Source: Candidatus Saccharimonadota bacterium
Lineage (GTDB): Bacteria; Patescibacteriota; Saccharimonadia; Saccharimonadales; Saccharimonadaceae
Assembly (NCBI GenBank): GCA_017510075.1
Contig: JAFWNY010000011.1
Span: 4,573-68,572 of the forward strand
Direction of reading: 5' to 3'
Length of the DNA stretch: 64,000 nt
Made by a program: the position numbers and the translations under genes. Shown piece by piece: positions 48,883 through 60,128 of the stretch; positions within the stretch are counted from its first letter, which is position 1, and each line of letters opens with the position of its first letter. The notes under the pieces are model-generated. The model did no database searches. It was given only the letters and a program-made list of their open reading frames with translations, and was not told where the DNA came from.

Positions 48883-51354
48883 ATGCAAGCAGAATTTAGT
48901 GAAATAATGAATCAATTGTCCGAAAATGCACGGTTTGCGTTGCAGAAGGCGGATTATTATGCCAAGAGATATAACAATGGTTATATGGGGACGGAGCATT
49001 TGCTACTCGGGATAATGTCGATGGATACTTCGACGGGGGCGAAGTTGATTCGGGATGAGGGGGTGACGCTGGAAGAGGTGGAAAAAGCACTGAATAAGGT
49101 GGCGGTGGAGGTGCCGGGCTCGGATATGGCGATGATGTCGCTCTCAGAGGCGGTGATTTTGACGTTTCGGATGGCGCAGAATTACACGCATGAGCAGGGG
49201 CTGACCGTGATCGGGACGGAGCACGTGTTGCACGCGTTGCTCTCTCAGCCGAACTCGCGGGCGGCGTTGATTTTGCATGGGTTGAAGGTGGATAATGAGA
49301 AAATACTGGACCAGATTGAGTACATGGTGGAGCAGCAGACGAAGGAAGAGAAGTCTAGAGCGGAGAAGGCGAAATATCTCAATAAAAAACCGCTGAAATT
49401 CCTCAGTCGGTATGGGAAAGATTTGACGGAGGAGGCAAGGGAAGGGAAATTGGATACGGTGATTGGGCGAGAAAGTGAAATTGAGCGGGTGGTGACGGTG
49501 TTGTCGCGCCGAACGAAGTCTAATCCAGTGCTGATTGGCGAAGCGGGTGTGGGTAAAACGGCGATTGTGGAGGGGCTGGCGACGCGAATTGTAAAGAACG
49601 AAGTCCCTGGGAATTTGATTGGTAAGCACATTTACCAGGTGGATTTGTCGGGGGTGGTGGCTGGTACGAAGTTCCGCGGGGAGTTTGAGGAGCGGATTAA
49701 GGGGATTATTGATGAAGCGGTGGAAGATGAGACGATTTTGCTATTTATAGATGAGATACATTTGCTGTGCGGGGCGGGGTCTGGTGAGGGGACGATGGAC
49801 GCGGCGAATATTTTGAAGCCGGCGCTCGCGCGAAATCGGATTAATTTGATTGGGGCGACGACTTTGGATGAATATCGGAAGTCGATCGAGAAAGACAAGG
49901 CTCTCTCTCGGCGGTTCCAGACGGTGATGGTGGAGGAGCCGAGTGCGGCGGTGACATTAAGGATTTTGAAGGGGATCAAGAGTCATTATGAGAGTCATCA
50001 TGGGGTGGTGATTCCGGATGAGTGCCTGGAGACGGCGATTACGATGTCGCAGCGGTATATTAATGATCGGTTTATGCCGGATAAAGTGATTGACGTGATT
50101 GATGAGGCGTCGGCGATATGTAAAGTGGCGGCGGACAAAAAGGGTGGTGGCAAATACAAGAAAATGAAGATTGAAAAGTCATCGTTAGAGGATAAAATAA
50201 CGGAAGCGGCGGAGAAGGAAGATTTCGAGAAGGCGGCGGAGTATAAGACTGAGCTCGCGAAGTTGGAGCAGGAAATTAAGAAATTCGAGAAGTCTAAGAA
50301 GGCGAAGGATTTAGAGACGCCGACTTTGACAGAGGAGAATCTGGCGACGGCGGTGAGCTTGAAGACTGGAATACCAGTGTCGAAGGTGCACGGGTCAGAA
50401 ATGAAGATGCTGATGAACCTCGAGGACGAGCTGAAGCAGTCGATTATAGGGCAGGACGAGGCCGTGTCGGCGGTGGCGAAGGCGATTCGGCGGGGACGCT
50501 CAGGTATTGCGGATGCGAGGCGCCCGATTGGCTCATTCCTGTTTATGGGGCCGACGGGGGTGGGTAAGACGGAGTTGGCACGGGTAATTGCGCGGGAAGT
50601 GTTTGGGGGTGAGAATGCCTTGGTGAAGATAGATATGAGCGAGTTTGGCGAAAAGCATAATGTGTCTAGGCTGATGGGGGCGCCGGCGGGGTACATTGGT
50701 TATGATGATGGCGGGAAGCTAACCGAGGCGGTGCGAAGAAAACCTTATTCGGTGATACTATTTGACGAGATCGAAAAGGCGCACCCAGATGTATTTAACT
50801 TGCTACTGCAGATTTTGGAAGATGGGGTGTTGACTGATGGGCAGGGGAACAAGATTAAGTTTAATAATACGATCGTGATTTTGACATCGAACCTGGGGTC
50901 GGCGGATATGTACCGCGAATCAGAGCTTGGGTTTACGGCAAAGACGGCGAAGGATAAGAAAGCGCTGGCCGAGGAGTACGAGGAGAATAAATCTTATGCG
51001 ATGAAGGCTTTGAAGAAAGTGATGCGACCGGAGTTGATTAATCGGTTGGATAATATTTCGGTGTTTCATGCATTGACGCGGAAGAATGTGGAGAAGATAT
51101 TTGATAATTTGATAGATGATTTGAGGAAGCGACTGGCGACCAAGGGAATTGGGATTAAGATTAGTGAGCCAGCAAAGGATTATCTGATTGAGCAAGGGTA
51201 TGATCCGAAGAATGGCGCGCGGCCTTTGAGACGGAAGATTGAGGACGAGGTGGAGTCGTTGCTATCAGAGCAGATTATTGCGGGGGAGCTTGTCAAGGGC
51301 GATATTCCAGCTTTGAAATTAAGTGGTAAGAAATTAAAACTAGTAAAGGAGTAA
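48883..51354 (+). CDS. clpC: ATP-dependent Clp protease ATPase ClpC
   Basis: Two Clp-N repeats, [11 protein letters not shown]-like middle region, [12 protein letters not shown] loop. Confidence 0.93.
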   Translation: MQAEFSEIMNQLSENARFALQKADYYAKRYNNGYMGTEHLLLGIMSMDTSTGAKLIRDEGVTLEEVEKALNKVAVEVPGSDMAMMSLSEAVILTFRMAQNYTHEQGLTVIGTEHVLHALLSQPNSRAALILHGLKVDNEKILDQIEYMVEQQTKEEKSRAEKAKYLNKKPLKFLSRYGKDLTEEAREGKLDTVIGRESEIERVVTVLSRRTKSNPVLIGEAGVGKTAIVEGLATRIVKNEVPGNLIGKHIYQVDLSGVVAGTKFRGEFEERIKGIIDEAVEDETILLFIDEIHLLCGAGSGEGTMDAANILKPALARNRINLIGATTLDEYRKSIEKDKALSRRFQTVMVEEPSAAVTLRILKGIKSHYESHHGVVIPDECLETAITMSQRYINDRFMPDKVIDVIDEASAICKVAADKKGGGKYKKMKIEKSSLEDKITEAAEKEDFEKAAEYKTELAKLEQEIKKFEKSKKAKDLETPTLTEENLATAVSLKTGIPVSKVHGSEMKMLMNLEDELKQSIIGQDEAVSAVAKAIRRGRSGIADARRPIGSFLFMGPTGVGKTELARVIAREVFGGENALVKIDMSEFGEKHNVSRLMGAPAGYIGYDDGGKLTEAVRRKPYSVILFDEIEKAHPDVFNLLLQILEDGVLTDGQGNKIKFNNTIVILTSNLGSADMYRESELGFTAKTAKDKKALAEEYEENKSYAMKALKKVMRPELINRLDNISVFHALTRKNVEKIFDNLIDDLRKRLATKGIGIKISEPAKDYLIEQGYDPKNGARPLRRKIEDEVESLLSEQIIAGELVKGDIPALKLSGKKLKLVKE

Positions 51355-51355
51355 C

Positions 51356-51940
51356 ATGACAAAAAATTATTTAGTACCAACAGTGGTAGAAGAAACTAAC
51401 AAAGGGGAGCGGGCGTATGATATTTATTCAAGGCTGCTCAACGACCGAATTGTGTTCCTCGGTGAGGATGTGAATGCGCATACGGCAAACCTGGTGGTGG
51501 CGCAGCTGCTGTATCTCGCGCACGAGGATCCGAAAAAACCGATTAAGCTATACATTAATTCGCCTGGGGGGTCGGTGTATGATGGTCTCGCGATTATTGA
51601 TACGATGAATTATATCGAGCCAGATGTGGAGACGATTGGGATTGGCTTGCAGGCGAGCATGGGGGCGATGCTGCTGTCGTCTGGCGCCAAGGGGAAAAGG
51701 TATTGTTTGCCGAACGCGCGGATTATGATACACCAACCGTCGTCTGGCACGGAGGGGAAGATCACGGATCAAGAGATTATGTTGCGGGAGGGAGTGTTCC
51801 TCAAGAAACGGCTTGCGGAAATTTTTGCGAAAAATACGGGGAAGGATTTGAAGCAGGTGGAGAAGGATATGGATCGGGATAATTGGATGAGTGCGGAGGA
51901 GGCGAAGGAATACGGGATCATTGACGAGATTATAAAGTAA
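51356..51940 (+). CDS. clpP: Clp protease proteolytic subunit
   Basis: [24 protein letters not shown]. Confidence 0.97.
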   Translation: MTKNYLVPTVVEETNKGERAYDIYSRLLNDRIVFLGEDVNAHTANLVVAQLLYLAHEDPKKPIKLYINSPGGSVYDGLAIIDTMNYIEPDVETIGIGLQASMGAMLLSSGAKGKRYCLPNARIMIHQPSSGTEGKITDQEIMLREGVFLKKRLAEIFAKNTGKDLKQVEKDMDRDNWMSAEEAKEYGIIDEIIK

Positions 51941-51955
51941 TATATAATATATAGT

Positions 51956-52387
51956 ATGAAGATTTTGTGGACTGATGGAAGCGCGGTGCCGAATCCTGGT
52001 AAAGGTGGATTTGCGGTGATACTGCAAAAATCGGACGGCGAGGGCGAACCGGTGGTGTTGGGCGGTGAGGACGATTCGACTAACATTCGGATGGAGGGCA
52101 AGGCGATGATCGCGGCGATTCGCTATGCTGGTGAGGAGGGGTGTGAGATTCACTCAGATTCGGAGTTTTGGATAAATGTACTTACAAAGTGGGCGGACGG
52201 TTGGAAAGCGCGGGGTTGGAGAAGATCGCAAGGAGAAATTCAGAATTTGGATATTGTAAAAGAGTTATATGAACTATATCATCAATATCCAGTAAAACTG
52301 ATGTGGGTGCGAGGGCATGTGGGGACGAGATATAACGAGATGGCAGACGAGTGGGCTAATAAGGCCAGAAAAGGTCAGAGGTTGTGA
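51956..52387 (+). CDS. rnhA: Ribonuclease HI
   Basis: TDGS, TNIRME, SDS, WVRGH, NEMAD. Confidence 0.93.
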   Translation: MKILWTDGSAVPNPGKGGFAVILQKSDGEGEPVVLGGEDDSTNIRMEGKAMIAAIRYAGEEGCEIHSDSEFWINVLTKWADGWKARGWRRSQGEIQNLDIVKELYELYHQYPVKLMWVRGHVGTRYNEMADEWANKARKGQRL

Positions 52388-52394
52388 TTAATTT

Positions 52395-53477
52395 ATGTAT
52401 CTAGCAGTACTAGGGCGACAAAGTAAGATATCGTTGGCGGAGCTGGAGGCTCAGTTTGATGATGTCAAGAAAATAAATGACCGTGTGGCGTTATTTGAGA
52501 GTGATGTGAAACCTGAGATTGCTCGTTTGGGAGGTAGCATAAAACTTGCGAAGAAGATGAACTTGAAGCCACTTGATTTCTTGGCGGGATTGCCGGAGGG
52601 TAAATTGACGATCGGAGTCAGTGATTATACGGATGGTACTAGCAAGAAGCTCGTGACTGCTGAGGCATTAAAAATGAAAAAGATTCTTGTGCGGCATGGT
52701 CGCAGTGTACGAATCGTGGAAAATAAAGAGGCAGCCTTATCCTCTGCAACGTCGTTGCATAATGGTTTGTCGGGCAAGAATGAGCGTAAGGTCGAGCTAA
52801 TTAGAGCGAATGACGAGTGGTATTTGGTATTTGGTGTGCAGGATATTGATGCGTATGTGCGCCGTGATCAAGCGCGGCCGGCACGTGATGCGAAAGTGGG
52901 TATGCTTCCACCCAAGCTGGCGCAGATTTTGATAAATTTGTGTGGGAGGTTGCCTGAGGGGGCTAGGGTGCTAGATCCTTTTTGTGGGACTGGTGTGGTA
53001 CTACAGGAGGCGGCGTTGATGGGCTACAAGGCTTATGGGACCGATATAGATGCGCGGATGTGTGATTATTCTCAGAAGAATATGGACTATCTTGGGGCAA
53101 AAGATTATGAAATTGAGGTGGGGGATGCGACTAATTATGAATGGGAGGGTAAGATTGATGCGGTGGCGTGTGAAGGGTATTTGGGCAGACCAATGTCGCA
53201 AATCCCTTCCGAGATTAAGTTAAAAACCGAAATGCAAGAATGTAAGGCCATACTGTTTGGCTTTTTGAGAAATTTGGCAAAACAGATTAAGGCCGGAACT
53301 CCTGTCACTGTGGCAATGCCAGCTTGGCTGAATGCGGAGGGTACTTATGTAAGATTAGGGATTGACGAAATTGAGTCAATGGGGTATAATGTTAATAATA
53401 AGTCGCGCGAGGGGCTACTTTATTTTCGTGAAGGGCAAATCGTTGCGAGAGATATAATAATGTTAAGGAAAAGATAA
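52395..53477 (+). CDS. SAM-dependent methyltransferase (Trm11/UPF0020-like)
   Basis: GMLPPKLAQILIN, LDPFCGTG, GTDID, GDAT. Confidence 0.85.
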   Translation: MYLAVLGRQSKISLAELEAQFDDVKKINDRVALFESDVKPEIARLGGSIKLAKKMNLKPLDFLAGLPEGKLTIGVSDYTDGTSKKLVTAEALKMKKILVRHGRSVRIVENKEAALSSATSLHNGLSGKNERKVELIRANDEWYLVFGVQDIDAYVRRDQARPARDAKVGMLPPKLAQILINLCGRLPEGARVLDPFCGTGVVLQEAALMGYKAYGTDIDARMCDYSQKNMDYLGAKDYEIEVGDATNYEWEGKIDAVACEGYLGRPMSQIPSEIKLKTEMQECKAILFGFLRNLAKQIKAGTPVTVAMPAWLNAEGTYVRLGIDEIESMGYNVNNKSREGLLYFREGQIVARDIIMLRKR

Positions 53478-53749
53478 TGTCACACGTAAAAGCTGGCGGT
53501 ACCGCCAAAAATATTCATAATAATGCTGGTCAGCGTCTTGGCGTTAAGCGTTTTGGTGGCCAGAAGGTCAAAAATGGGGAAGTGCTAGTTCGGCAGACTG
53601 GGGCTACTAAGATTGCTGGGCCAGGCACTTATATGTCACGCAATTTCACAATTCATGCGGCCAAAGATGGTGTAGTGACTTTTGTTAAGACAAAGAAAAC
53701 CCATTTTTCGGGTAAATCTTTGCCGCGTGTACGCGTGGAAGTGCGCTAG
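53477..53749 (+). CDS. rpmA: 50S ribosomal protein L27
   Basis: MSHVKAGG..RLGVKRFGGQ..LVRQ. Confidence 0.95.
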   Translation: MSHVKAGGTAKNIHNNAGQRLGVKRFGGQKVKNGEVLVRQTGATKIAGPGTYMSRNFTIHAAKDGVVTFVKTKKTHFSGKSLPRVRVEVR

Positions 53750-53779
53750 GATCCTGTTATTGGGTTTGGTCTATCGGGG

Positions 53780-53977
53780 TTACTTGCTGAAATCTTCAGT
53801 GAGAACCTCGATTTCGTTTTTGAGACTATTTAGATCATTTTCGATTTCTTTGGCGAGCTTAACTGCTGCTTTGTAGCGATCGGTAGCATCTTCTAGTTTG
53901 AAATCGTCCGAATAAAACCATTCGACTTCGGTGTCTAGTTTTGCGATTTTTTGATTGAGACTGAGTTTTTCTGCCAT
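53780..53977 (-). CDS. xseB: Exodeoxyribonuclease VII small subunit
   Basis: 65-aa helical protein downstream of xseA; LEDA..Y pattern. Confidence 0.8.
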   Translation of the reverse strand: MAEKLSLNQKIAKLDTEVEWFYSDDFKLEDATDRYKAAVKLAKEIENDLNSLKNEIEVLTEDFSK

Positions 53978-53993
53978 ATTGGCTCCTTTCTTA

Positions 53994-55217
53994 TTATTTT
54001 CTAGTATGTACTTGTTTGATTTCGGCGGTGATGGATTCTTTAAATGTTGTAATTTTTACAACATTGCCTGGGGAAATTTTACCAGATAGTATTGCGTAGC
54101 CTTGCTTTAGGACTTTTTCGGGATTAAGAGCTTCGAGTGTGCGGAGTTTGTTGGATATGTTTTGTTGTGCCAAGTTGCATTCTCCCTGTATTTTTTGCAA
54201 TATTTGTGTCATTTTGTGGTGGTTGGACTGGCGTAAGGGTTCGATATACCTTGTGAGGAGAGCTCCAGATACGCGGTTGATAGTTTGGCGGTTTTGGGAT
54301 ATGGCTGGTGCGATATAATCAGTAAGGAGGCTGCGAGATAGATTATTGAGCTTGTCGTGATTTTGTGTGGTGGCGCGGCTGATTTCTTGGAGAAGGAGCT
54401 GCTCGGTGCGATTGATGGTGTGGGAGAGTTTTGCTGACATTTCGGAACGATCGGGGGTCAATAACTCTGCGGCGTTGGACGGAGTGGACGCTCTGACGTC
54501 TGCTGCGAGGTCGGCGAGGGATTCGTCTATTTCGTGGCCGATACCTGTGATTACGGGGATTTTTGAGGCGGCGATTTCGCGGACTAGGGCTTCGTCATTG
54601 AAACATGCTAGATCGTCGGCGCTGCCACCACCGCGAAGAATTGCGATTACTTGCACTTCGCCGTGTTCGTTGAAATATTTTAGGGCGCGGATGATTTGGT
54701 CGGCGGCGTCCATGCCCTGTACTTGAGTATGGGCGACTTGTGCGTGGATTCCACCCCACCTTGCATTGATGATTTTGATAAAATCAGCATAGCCTGCTGC
54801 GCCGGTAGATGAAATGATTCCGAGGCTGGTAATGTCTTTGGGCAATGGGCGTTTCTTGCCTATATCAAATAATCCTTCGGCGGTGAGTTTTTTCTTGAGC
54901 ATTTCGTAGGCCTTTTTTAGTGAGCCTTCGCCTACGGGGGAGATGGAAGTCACGGTGAAGGAGAATTTGCCCCACTTCGTGATTTTAGGGACTCCGCGAA
55001 CCATTACTTTCATGCCGTCTTCGATGGGCTGCCGTAGTGACCATAAGGTCATAAAACAGTTGACGCTGGACTCTGCGTCTTTGATATCGAAAAACACCCA
55101 TTTGCCTTGATTGACTTTGAAGCTGGCTACTTCGCCGACGATGACAGTGCTAGAGTAGGAATAGTCAAGGGTCTGATTGACTAAGTTGAGAAATTCTGTA
55201 GGAGTCAGGCTATTCAC
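53994..55217 (-). CDS. xseA: Exodeoxyribonuclease VII large subunit
   Basis: RGGGS, FNDE, GIGHEID, ASTPS; likely GTG start at 55217. Confidence 0.95.
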   Translation of the reverse strand: MNSLTPTEFLNLVNQTLDYSYSSTVIVGEVASFKVNQGKWVFFDIKDAESSVNCFMTLWSLRQPIEDGMKVMVRGVPKITKWGKFSFTVTSISPVGEGSLKKAYEMLKKKLTAEGLFDIGKKRPLPKDITSLGIISSTGAAGYADFIKIINARWGGIHAQVAHTQVQGMDAADQIIRALKYFNEHGEVQVIAILRGGGSADDLACFNDEALVREIAASKIPVITGIGHEIDESLADLAADVRASTPSNAAELLTPDRSEMSAKLSHTINRTEQLLLQEISRATTQNHDKLNNLSRSLLTDYIAPAISQNRQTINRVSGALLTRYIEPLRQSNHHKMTQILQKIQGECNLAQQNISNKLRTLEALNPEKVLKQGYAILSGKISPGNVVKITTFKESITAEIKQVHTRK

Positions 55218-56256
55218 GTGGTTTACCCTTGATGGCTTTATAATACGGAATGGAGCCTGACGCAATAGTGAATACTAAAGTGATTACGCGTGTCATGACT
55301 GTGATAATGGTGGCGGTGGGGAAATCTACTCCTAAGGCAATCATCACTCCTGCCATGCCAAGTTCATATAGGCCATAGGGGACTATGCCGTCAAAGACGG
55401 ATCCGATGGCTTCACCGATCATAATGTATGGTAGGAGCTCTGGGCGTCCGAGAGACCAGGCGACTATCCAGTAGGTCATTATTTCGAAAAAACTGTAGAT
55501 GAAACCCCACAGGGCTGGTTTTTTGAGATAACGCTTGTTTTCTTTGGCGATTTTAACATTGTCGTGGATGTCGGCGAAATATTTGCTGATGCGATCATAA
55601 CGCATGAGCTGTTTCTTGTGACCAAAGGTGACGATGCGGATGATCCTGTTGATGACGCGGGCAGAAAGTTTTGAGAAGAATTGAATGCGCTTGCTGTTAC
55701 CTGCGACATATATAACGAACCAAAGTAAGAAAAACACAGTAGTATTCATGAGAAGGGCTACCGGTATAATCCACATGGCTCCGCTAGGGATTACTCCGAG
55801 AATAAGAAGGACGATGATTGCGACCAGGGCTTGTGCGTAGTTGACTACGGTAGTTACCGCATAACGGAAGACGTAGAGAAAACTTGCTCCGCCCGCCGAA
55901 ACACCATATTGACCTAGGCGATATGTGAGAAAGGCAAGCCCGCCGATGCCGCCGGCTGGGATTGCATGGTTGACGAAATTTAGCTCGGTGGAGATGCGAA
56001 GTATTTCGCCGTTAGTGAATTTTTTGATGTCTTGGCGGTGCTTGAGATAAGAGAAGAATATTTGCCCGCAAGCATAATACATAAACAGTTGCTCGGGTAT
56101 TATGAATATCAATATAATCCAGTTGGCTTCGCCAAGGTGGTAGAAAGTATCTACGATGTCGGGCCAATTTTGGTAAACTACCCATGCGACTAGTAAGACG
56201 GTCAAGATCCAGAGTATTGTACGGAAAGAAGACCAGCGATGTTTTGCTTTAGCCAT
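55210..56256 (-). CDS. Lysylphosphatidylglycerol synthase TM / flippase-like protein
   Basis: Polytopic; FVNHAIPAGGIGG, PYGLYE. Confidence 0.75.
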   Translation of the reverse strand: MAKAKHRWSSFRTILWILTVLLVAWVVYQNWPDIVDTFYHLGEANWIILIFIIPEQLFMYYACGQIFFSYLKHRQDIKKFTNGEILRISTELNFVNHAIPAGGIGGLAFLTYRLGQYGVSAGGASFLYVFRYAVTTVVNYAQALVAIIVLLILGVIPSGAMWIIPVALLMNTTVFFLLWFVIYVAGNSKRIQFFSKLSARVINRIIRIVTFGHKKQLMRYDRISKYFADIHDNVKIAKENKRYLKKPALWGFIYSFFEIMTYWIVAWSLGRPELLPYIMIGEAIGSVFDGIVPYGLYELGMAGVMIALGVDFPTATIITVMTRVITLVFTIASGSIPYYKAIKGKPRE

Positions 56257-56317
56257 ACTTCTATTGTACCATATTTAAGATATTTATGTTTTTAGAAAAA
56301 TATGATACAATGGGGGT

Positions 56318-57112
56318 ATGGAAGATAGATCTATACCTACATTGCAATCTGTCCCTTCGGGGCAGCCTATGCAGCAGACTTCGCCTCAAGCGCAGCAATT
56401 TCAGCCTGCTATGGGGGTGAATGGAGCGCCGGTTGTCCAGTCGGCTCCAGTGGTACAAGTAAATAAAAATGGCACTGCTAGCTTAGTAAAAACCATAGCT
56501 ATCATCATCTTGTCACTGGTATCTGTTACTTTTATCGGGTTGTTTATCTGGATTATGATGCAATATAATGATATACAGACTGGCGAGCAGGCTCGTACTC
56601 AGAGCGCAGTAGAGAAGGCGCAGTATGAGCAAAAGGAGGCTGATCTAGCGCAGTTTGCTGAAGACGAGAAATATCCTTTGCGTGACTTTGCGGGCCCGGC
56701 AGATTATGGTCAATTGTCATTTAAATATCCGAAGACGTGGAGCGTTTATGTTGCGAAGGACGCCTCGAGTGGCGGTGATTACGAAGCCTATTTTAATCCT
56801 CTTGTGGTAGAGGCCGTATCGGATGATACTGTAAATGCGCTTAGGCTTACGATTCGCGATAAGACCTTTGAGGATGTTTCGGCTGAGTATCAGCGTATAA
56901 TGGAGCGGAAGGATTCGGGGCTTTCTGTGGAGTCGGTGGAAGTGAATGGTATCACAATGAATCGTTATACTGGGAAGATACCCAACACTGAGCTTAGCGG
57001 CGTAATTGTGACTTTTAAGATTCGGGATAAGACTGCTATTTTACAGACAGATGCAGAAGCGTTTGTTGGTGATTTTGACGCTCTGCTGCAGACAATTACC
57101 TTTAATGCATAA
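56318..57112 (+). CDS. Hypothetical single-TM protein
   Basis: Q/P-rich N-terminus, TM, SFKYPKTW motif. Confidence 0.8.
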   Translation: MEDRSIPTLQSVPSGQPMQQTSPQAQQFQPAMGVNGAPVVQSAPVVQVNKNGTASLVKTIAIIILSLVSVTFIGLFIWIMMQYNDIQTGEQARTQSAVEKAQYEQKEADLAQFAEDEKYPLRDFAGPADYGQLSFKYPKTWSVYVAKDASSGGDYEAYFNPLVVEAVSDDTVNALRLTIRDKTFEDVSAEYQRIMERKDSGLSVESVEVNGITMNRYTGKIPNTELSGVIVTFKIRDKTAILQTDAEAFVGDFDALLQTITFNA

Positions 57113-57119
57113 GGAGTGG

Positions 57120-57815
57120 CTAGGTATTTTGTGTGATTTGCTTGGTGATCGTTATAATTTTGTTACGAATTTCGTCGCTTAAGATGACGCGCTTGATTAT
57201 GTCTAGGTCGGCTGTATAGATTAATCTTAGCATTTTGATTTCGTTGGCGCCGTATGTGCCTTGCTTGTCGGGATAGAAAGCTTTTTCGATGTTGTCCCAG
57301 GTGTATTTTGCGTCTGCTTTTAATGCTGCTCCGTTTGTGTCGCGATATAGATTAATATCTTCCCCCATTATGTGCGCAAGGTTCATCGAATACCATGCCT
57401 CAATCATTTTTGTATCATAGCCAGTGTTGAGCGTCGTGAGACATTTATCGGTGATGTTGAAATATTCTGGGCTGTCGGAACTTTCTGATGCAACATTTAT
57501 TTTTTTTAGGATAATAGTGGCTAATTCTATTTTGGCGAAATCTTTGAGAATTTCGCTATGGTATTGGACCATTTTTGCGCCGGTTAGCACGCCCAGTTCA
57601 CTTCTACCTAAATGAATATTGTATTCTGATAGAGTAAATAATTCGATGCCGCCGGCTAGTTTGGATTTTGGTTTGCGCGCGCCTTTGGCAATTACGGCTA
57701 TTTTGCCTTCAGGGGTAATAATATTGAGGATCCTATCCGCTTCTCCGTAATTTGTACGTTTTAGTACGTAGCCGCGTGTCTTGAGGTCTTTATTAGGGGG
57801 CGTATTGCTGGACAT
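57120..57815 (-). CDS. recO: DNA repair protein RecO
   Basis: VLKRTNYGEADRI..AKGARKPKSKLAG. Confidence 0.92.
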   Translation of the reverse strand: MSSNTPPNKDLKTRGYVLKRTNYGEADRILNIITPEGKIAVIAKGARKPKSKLAGGIELFTLSEYNIHLGRSELGVLTGAKMVQYHSEILKDFAKIELATIILKKINVASESSDSPEYFNITDKCLTTLNTGYDTKMIEAWYSMNLAHIMGEDINLYRDTNGAALKADAKYTWDNIEKAFYPDKQGTYGANEIKMLRLIYTADLDIIKRVILSDEIRNKIITITKQITQNT

Positions 57816-58146
57816 AACTATGGATCTCCTGTGGTGTCATCGTGTCTTTTTTCAAAATGCCCACGACACCATAAATTGATAAATCTTGGATTGGTAAGTC
57901 TAGTGAAGTTACGATGACTATTGGTATCTGTGCTGTATCGGGATACGATACTAGCTCATTTAAAAGCGTAAAGCCATCTGGGCCGTCTAGCAAAATATCT
58001 AGGAGGATTAAATTGGGTATTTTGCCTGTGGCGATGGCATCCATTACTGATATTGCATCGCCAAATTCTAATAATTCTGTGCCTTTGCCGCAGGCGCGTG
58101 CGATGCATTTTCGCATTATTTTGTCGTCATCAACTACGAATATCAT
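57793..58146 (-). CDS. Single-domain response regulator
   Basis: VVDDD, LLDILL..DGF, VTS, K. Confidence 0.9.
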   Translation of the reverse strand: MIFVVDDDKIMRKCIARACGKGTELLEFGDAISVMDAIATGKIPNLILLDILLDGPDGFTLLNELVSYPDTAQIPIVIVTSLDLPIQDLSIYGVVGILKKDTMTPQEIHSYVQQYAP

Positions 58147-58828
58147 AATCAAATAGGCTCGCTTGTTTAGAGATTGGTAAATTTACATAAAAACTTGTGC
58201 CGTCGCGGTGTCGGATTGCACCTACGCTAGCGTTCATGTATCTTGCAAAACGTGAAGCGATAAACAGCCCTAAGCCAGAAGACCCTGGGCGCATGGCGAT
58301 GGAAGTAGGCTGCTTGATCCAGCCTTGTTTTAATTCTCGCCAGATGCTTATGGGTAAGGATGGTCCGTAATCTCGTATGGTGATTTTGACTTGGCCGGCG
58401 GAATCTCGCACTGTGAGTTCGGCTTGAGACTCGGCTTTTGAATAGTGTATGGCGTTGACTAAAAAATTGTATATTACGCTATATAATAAATCGCGGTTGG
58501 CTGTGACTAATTTGGCATGATTGGAATACTTGATTATTAGTCCCTTTTCGTGTTGGTCAAATAAATATCTTAGTTCATGACTTACGGCATCGCATACCTC
58601 GCGTACGGCGACAGGCTCCATTTCGAATAGCCCGTCATCGAGCCGTCGTATTTTGGCTAGGTCATTTACTTGTTTGATTGCGCGCTCGCTGACATTGATC
58701 ATTTCACTGCGGGTATGTTCGCCGCTAGAATCCATTTCGGGTAGGGCGAATGCTAGCTGCCTTAATACTGCAAGTGGCGCTTTTAGCTCATGCGCTGCCA
58801 CTAAAATACCGTCTACCTCCTGCTCCAT
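58130..58828 (-). CDS. Histidine kinase without sensor domain
   Basis: AHELKAPL, NFLVNAIHYS, DYGP, SGLGL. Confidence 0.9.
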   Translation of the reverse strand: MEQEVDGILVAAHELKAPLAVLRQLAFALPEMDSSGEHTRSEMINVSERAIKQVNDLAKIRRLDDGLFEMEPVAVREVCDAVSHELRYLFDQHEKGLIIKYSNHAKLVTANRDLLYSVIYNFLVNAIHYSKAESQAELTVRDSAGQVKITIRDYGPSLPISIWRELKQGWIKQPTSIAMRPGSSGLGLFIASRFARYMNASVGAIRHRDGTSFYVNLPISKQASLFDYDIRS

Positions 58829-58876
58829 AATTTACATTATATCATGACCTGGCGGATTTCGTGCTATAATAGGGGT

Positions 58877-60115
58877 ATGAAATTATCAGAAGAATTAGTA
58901 TACCGTGGCTTTATAGCTGAAACAACAATAGCCGATCCGGCAGATTTAGACAACAGGGAATCCAAGAAGTTTTATTGGGGAGCAGATCCGTCGGCCGATT
59001 CGCTAACGATAGGGAATCTCGCCGCATTGATGATGTGCGCGTGTTTTGTGCGACATGGTTATCAGCCGTATCTTTTGGTGGGGGGTGCTACTGGTCAGAT
59101 TGGTGACCCGAAAGAAAACGGCGAGCGGGATTTGAAGTCGTTGGATGAAGTGGAACATAATAAGTCTTGCATCAAAAAACAGATCGAGCAGATAATCAAT
59201 GTCGATAATGCGACGATGGTGGATAATTACGATTGGTTTCGCAATATAAATTATTTAGATTTTTTGCGTGAAGTGGGGAAGGCGTTTTCGATGACACAGT
59301 TACTTGATCGCCAGTTTGTGCAGAATAGAATTGGTGAGGGTGGCTCGGGTATTTCCTATGCGGAGTTTTCGTACACATTGATTCAGGGGTATGACTTTTT
59401 GCATCTATATCGCGAGCATGGTATATCGTTGCAACTTTGTGGTGCGGATCAATATGGTAATTGTACTTCGGGGATTCATTTGATTCGACGGCTCGAGGAT
59501 GGCCGGGCCGACGTGTGGTCTACGCCGCTGGTAATTGATCCGGTGACGGGGCGCAAATTCGGTAAGTCGGAGGGTAATGCGGTGTGGCTTGCTTCTCGTG
59601 ACAATGGAAGTGGAAATTATACCTCGATCTTTGATTTCTATCAATTTTGGTTGAATCAGCCGGATGAGTCGGTCGAATACTTGATTAAAATTTATACTTT
59701 GTTGACAAAAGATGAGATTGAGGACATCTTGGAGCGCCATGCTAAGCAGCCAGAACTAAGATTGGCGCAAAAGGCTTTGGCGCGAGGCGCTACGGAAGTC
59801 GTGCATGGTGCAAAGGCGGCAGAGGAAATGGAGGATTTGGTGGCGAAATTATTCGGGCGCGATACGGATTTTGCGAAGTTTACGAAAGATGAAATTACGA
59901 AGTTTGGTGAGTATTTGCCTACGGCTCGTAAGGGAGTGATGCTGGTGGAGGCGCTCGTTGAGAACGGGTTAGCTGAGTCAAAGAAAAAAGCGCGCGAATA
60001 CATCAAACAAGGTGCGGTATCAATAAACGGAGCGAAAGTTAATGACGATGCGGCAGCAGTAAGCGATGTTGCTATCATCAAAAAAGGTAAAAATAAATTC
60101 TTGATCATCTTGTGA
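58877..60115 (+). CDS. tyrS: Tyrosine--tRNA ligase
   Basis: GADPSADSLTIGN, QGYD, GADQ, KFGKS, S4-like tail. Confidence 0.96.
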   Translation: MKLSEELVYRGFIAETTIADPADLDNRESKKFYWGADPSADSLTIGNLAALMMCACFVRHGYQPYLLVGGATGQIGDPKENGERDLKSLDEVEHNKSCIKKQIEQIINVDNATMVDNYDWFRNINYLDFLREVGKAFSMTQLLDRQFVQNRIGEGGSGISYAEFSYTLIQGYDFLHLYREHGISLQLCGADQYGNCTSGIHLIRRLEDGRADVWSTPLVIDPVTGRKFGKSEGNAVWLASRDNGSGNYTSIFDFYQFWLNQPDESVEYLIKIYTLLTKDEIEDILERHAKQPELRLAQKALARGATEVVHGAKAAEEMEDLVAKLFGRDTDFAKFTKDEITKFGEYLPTARKGVMLVEALVENGLAESKKKAREYIKQGAVSINGAKVNDDAAAVSDVAIIKKGKNKFLIIL

Positions 60116-60128
60116 TATAATAGATGGT

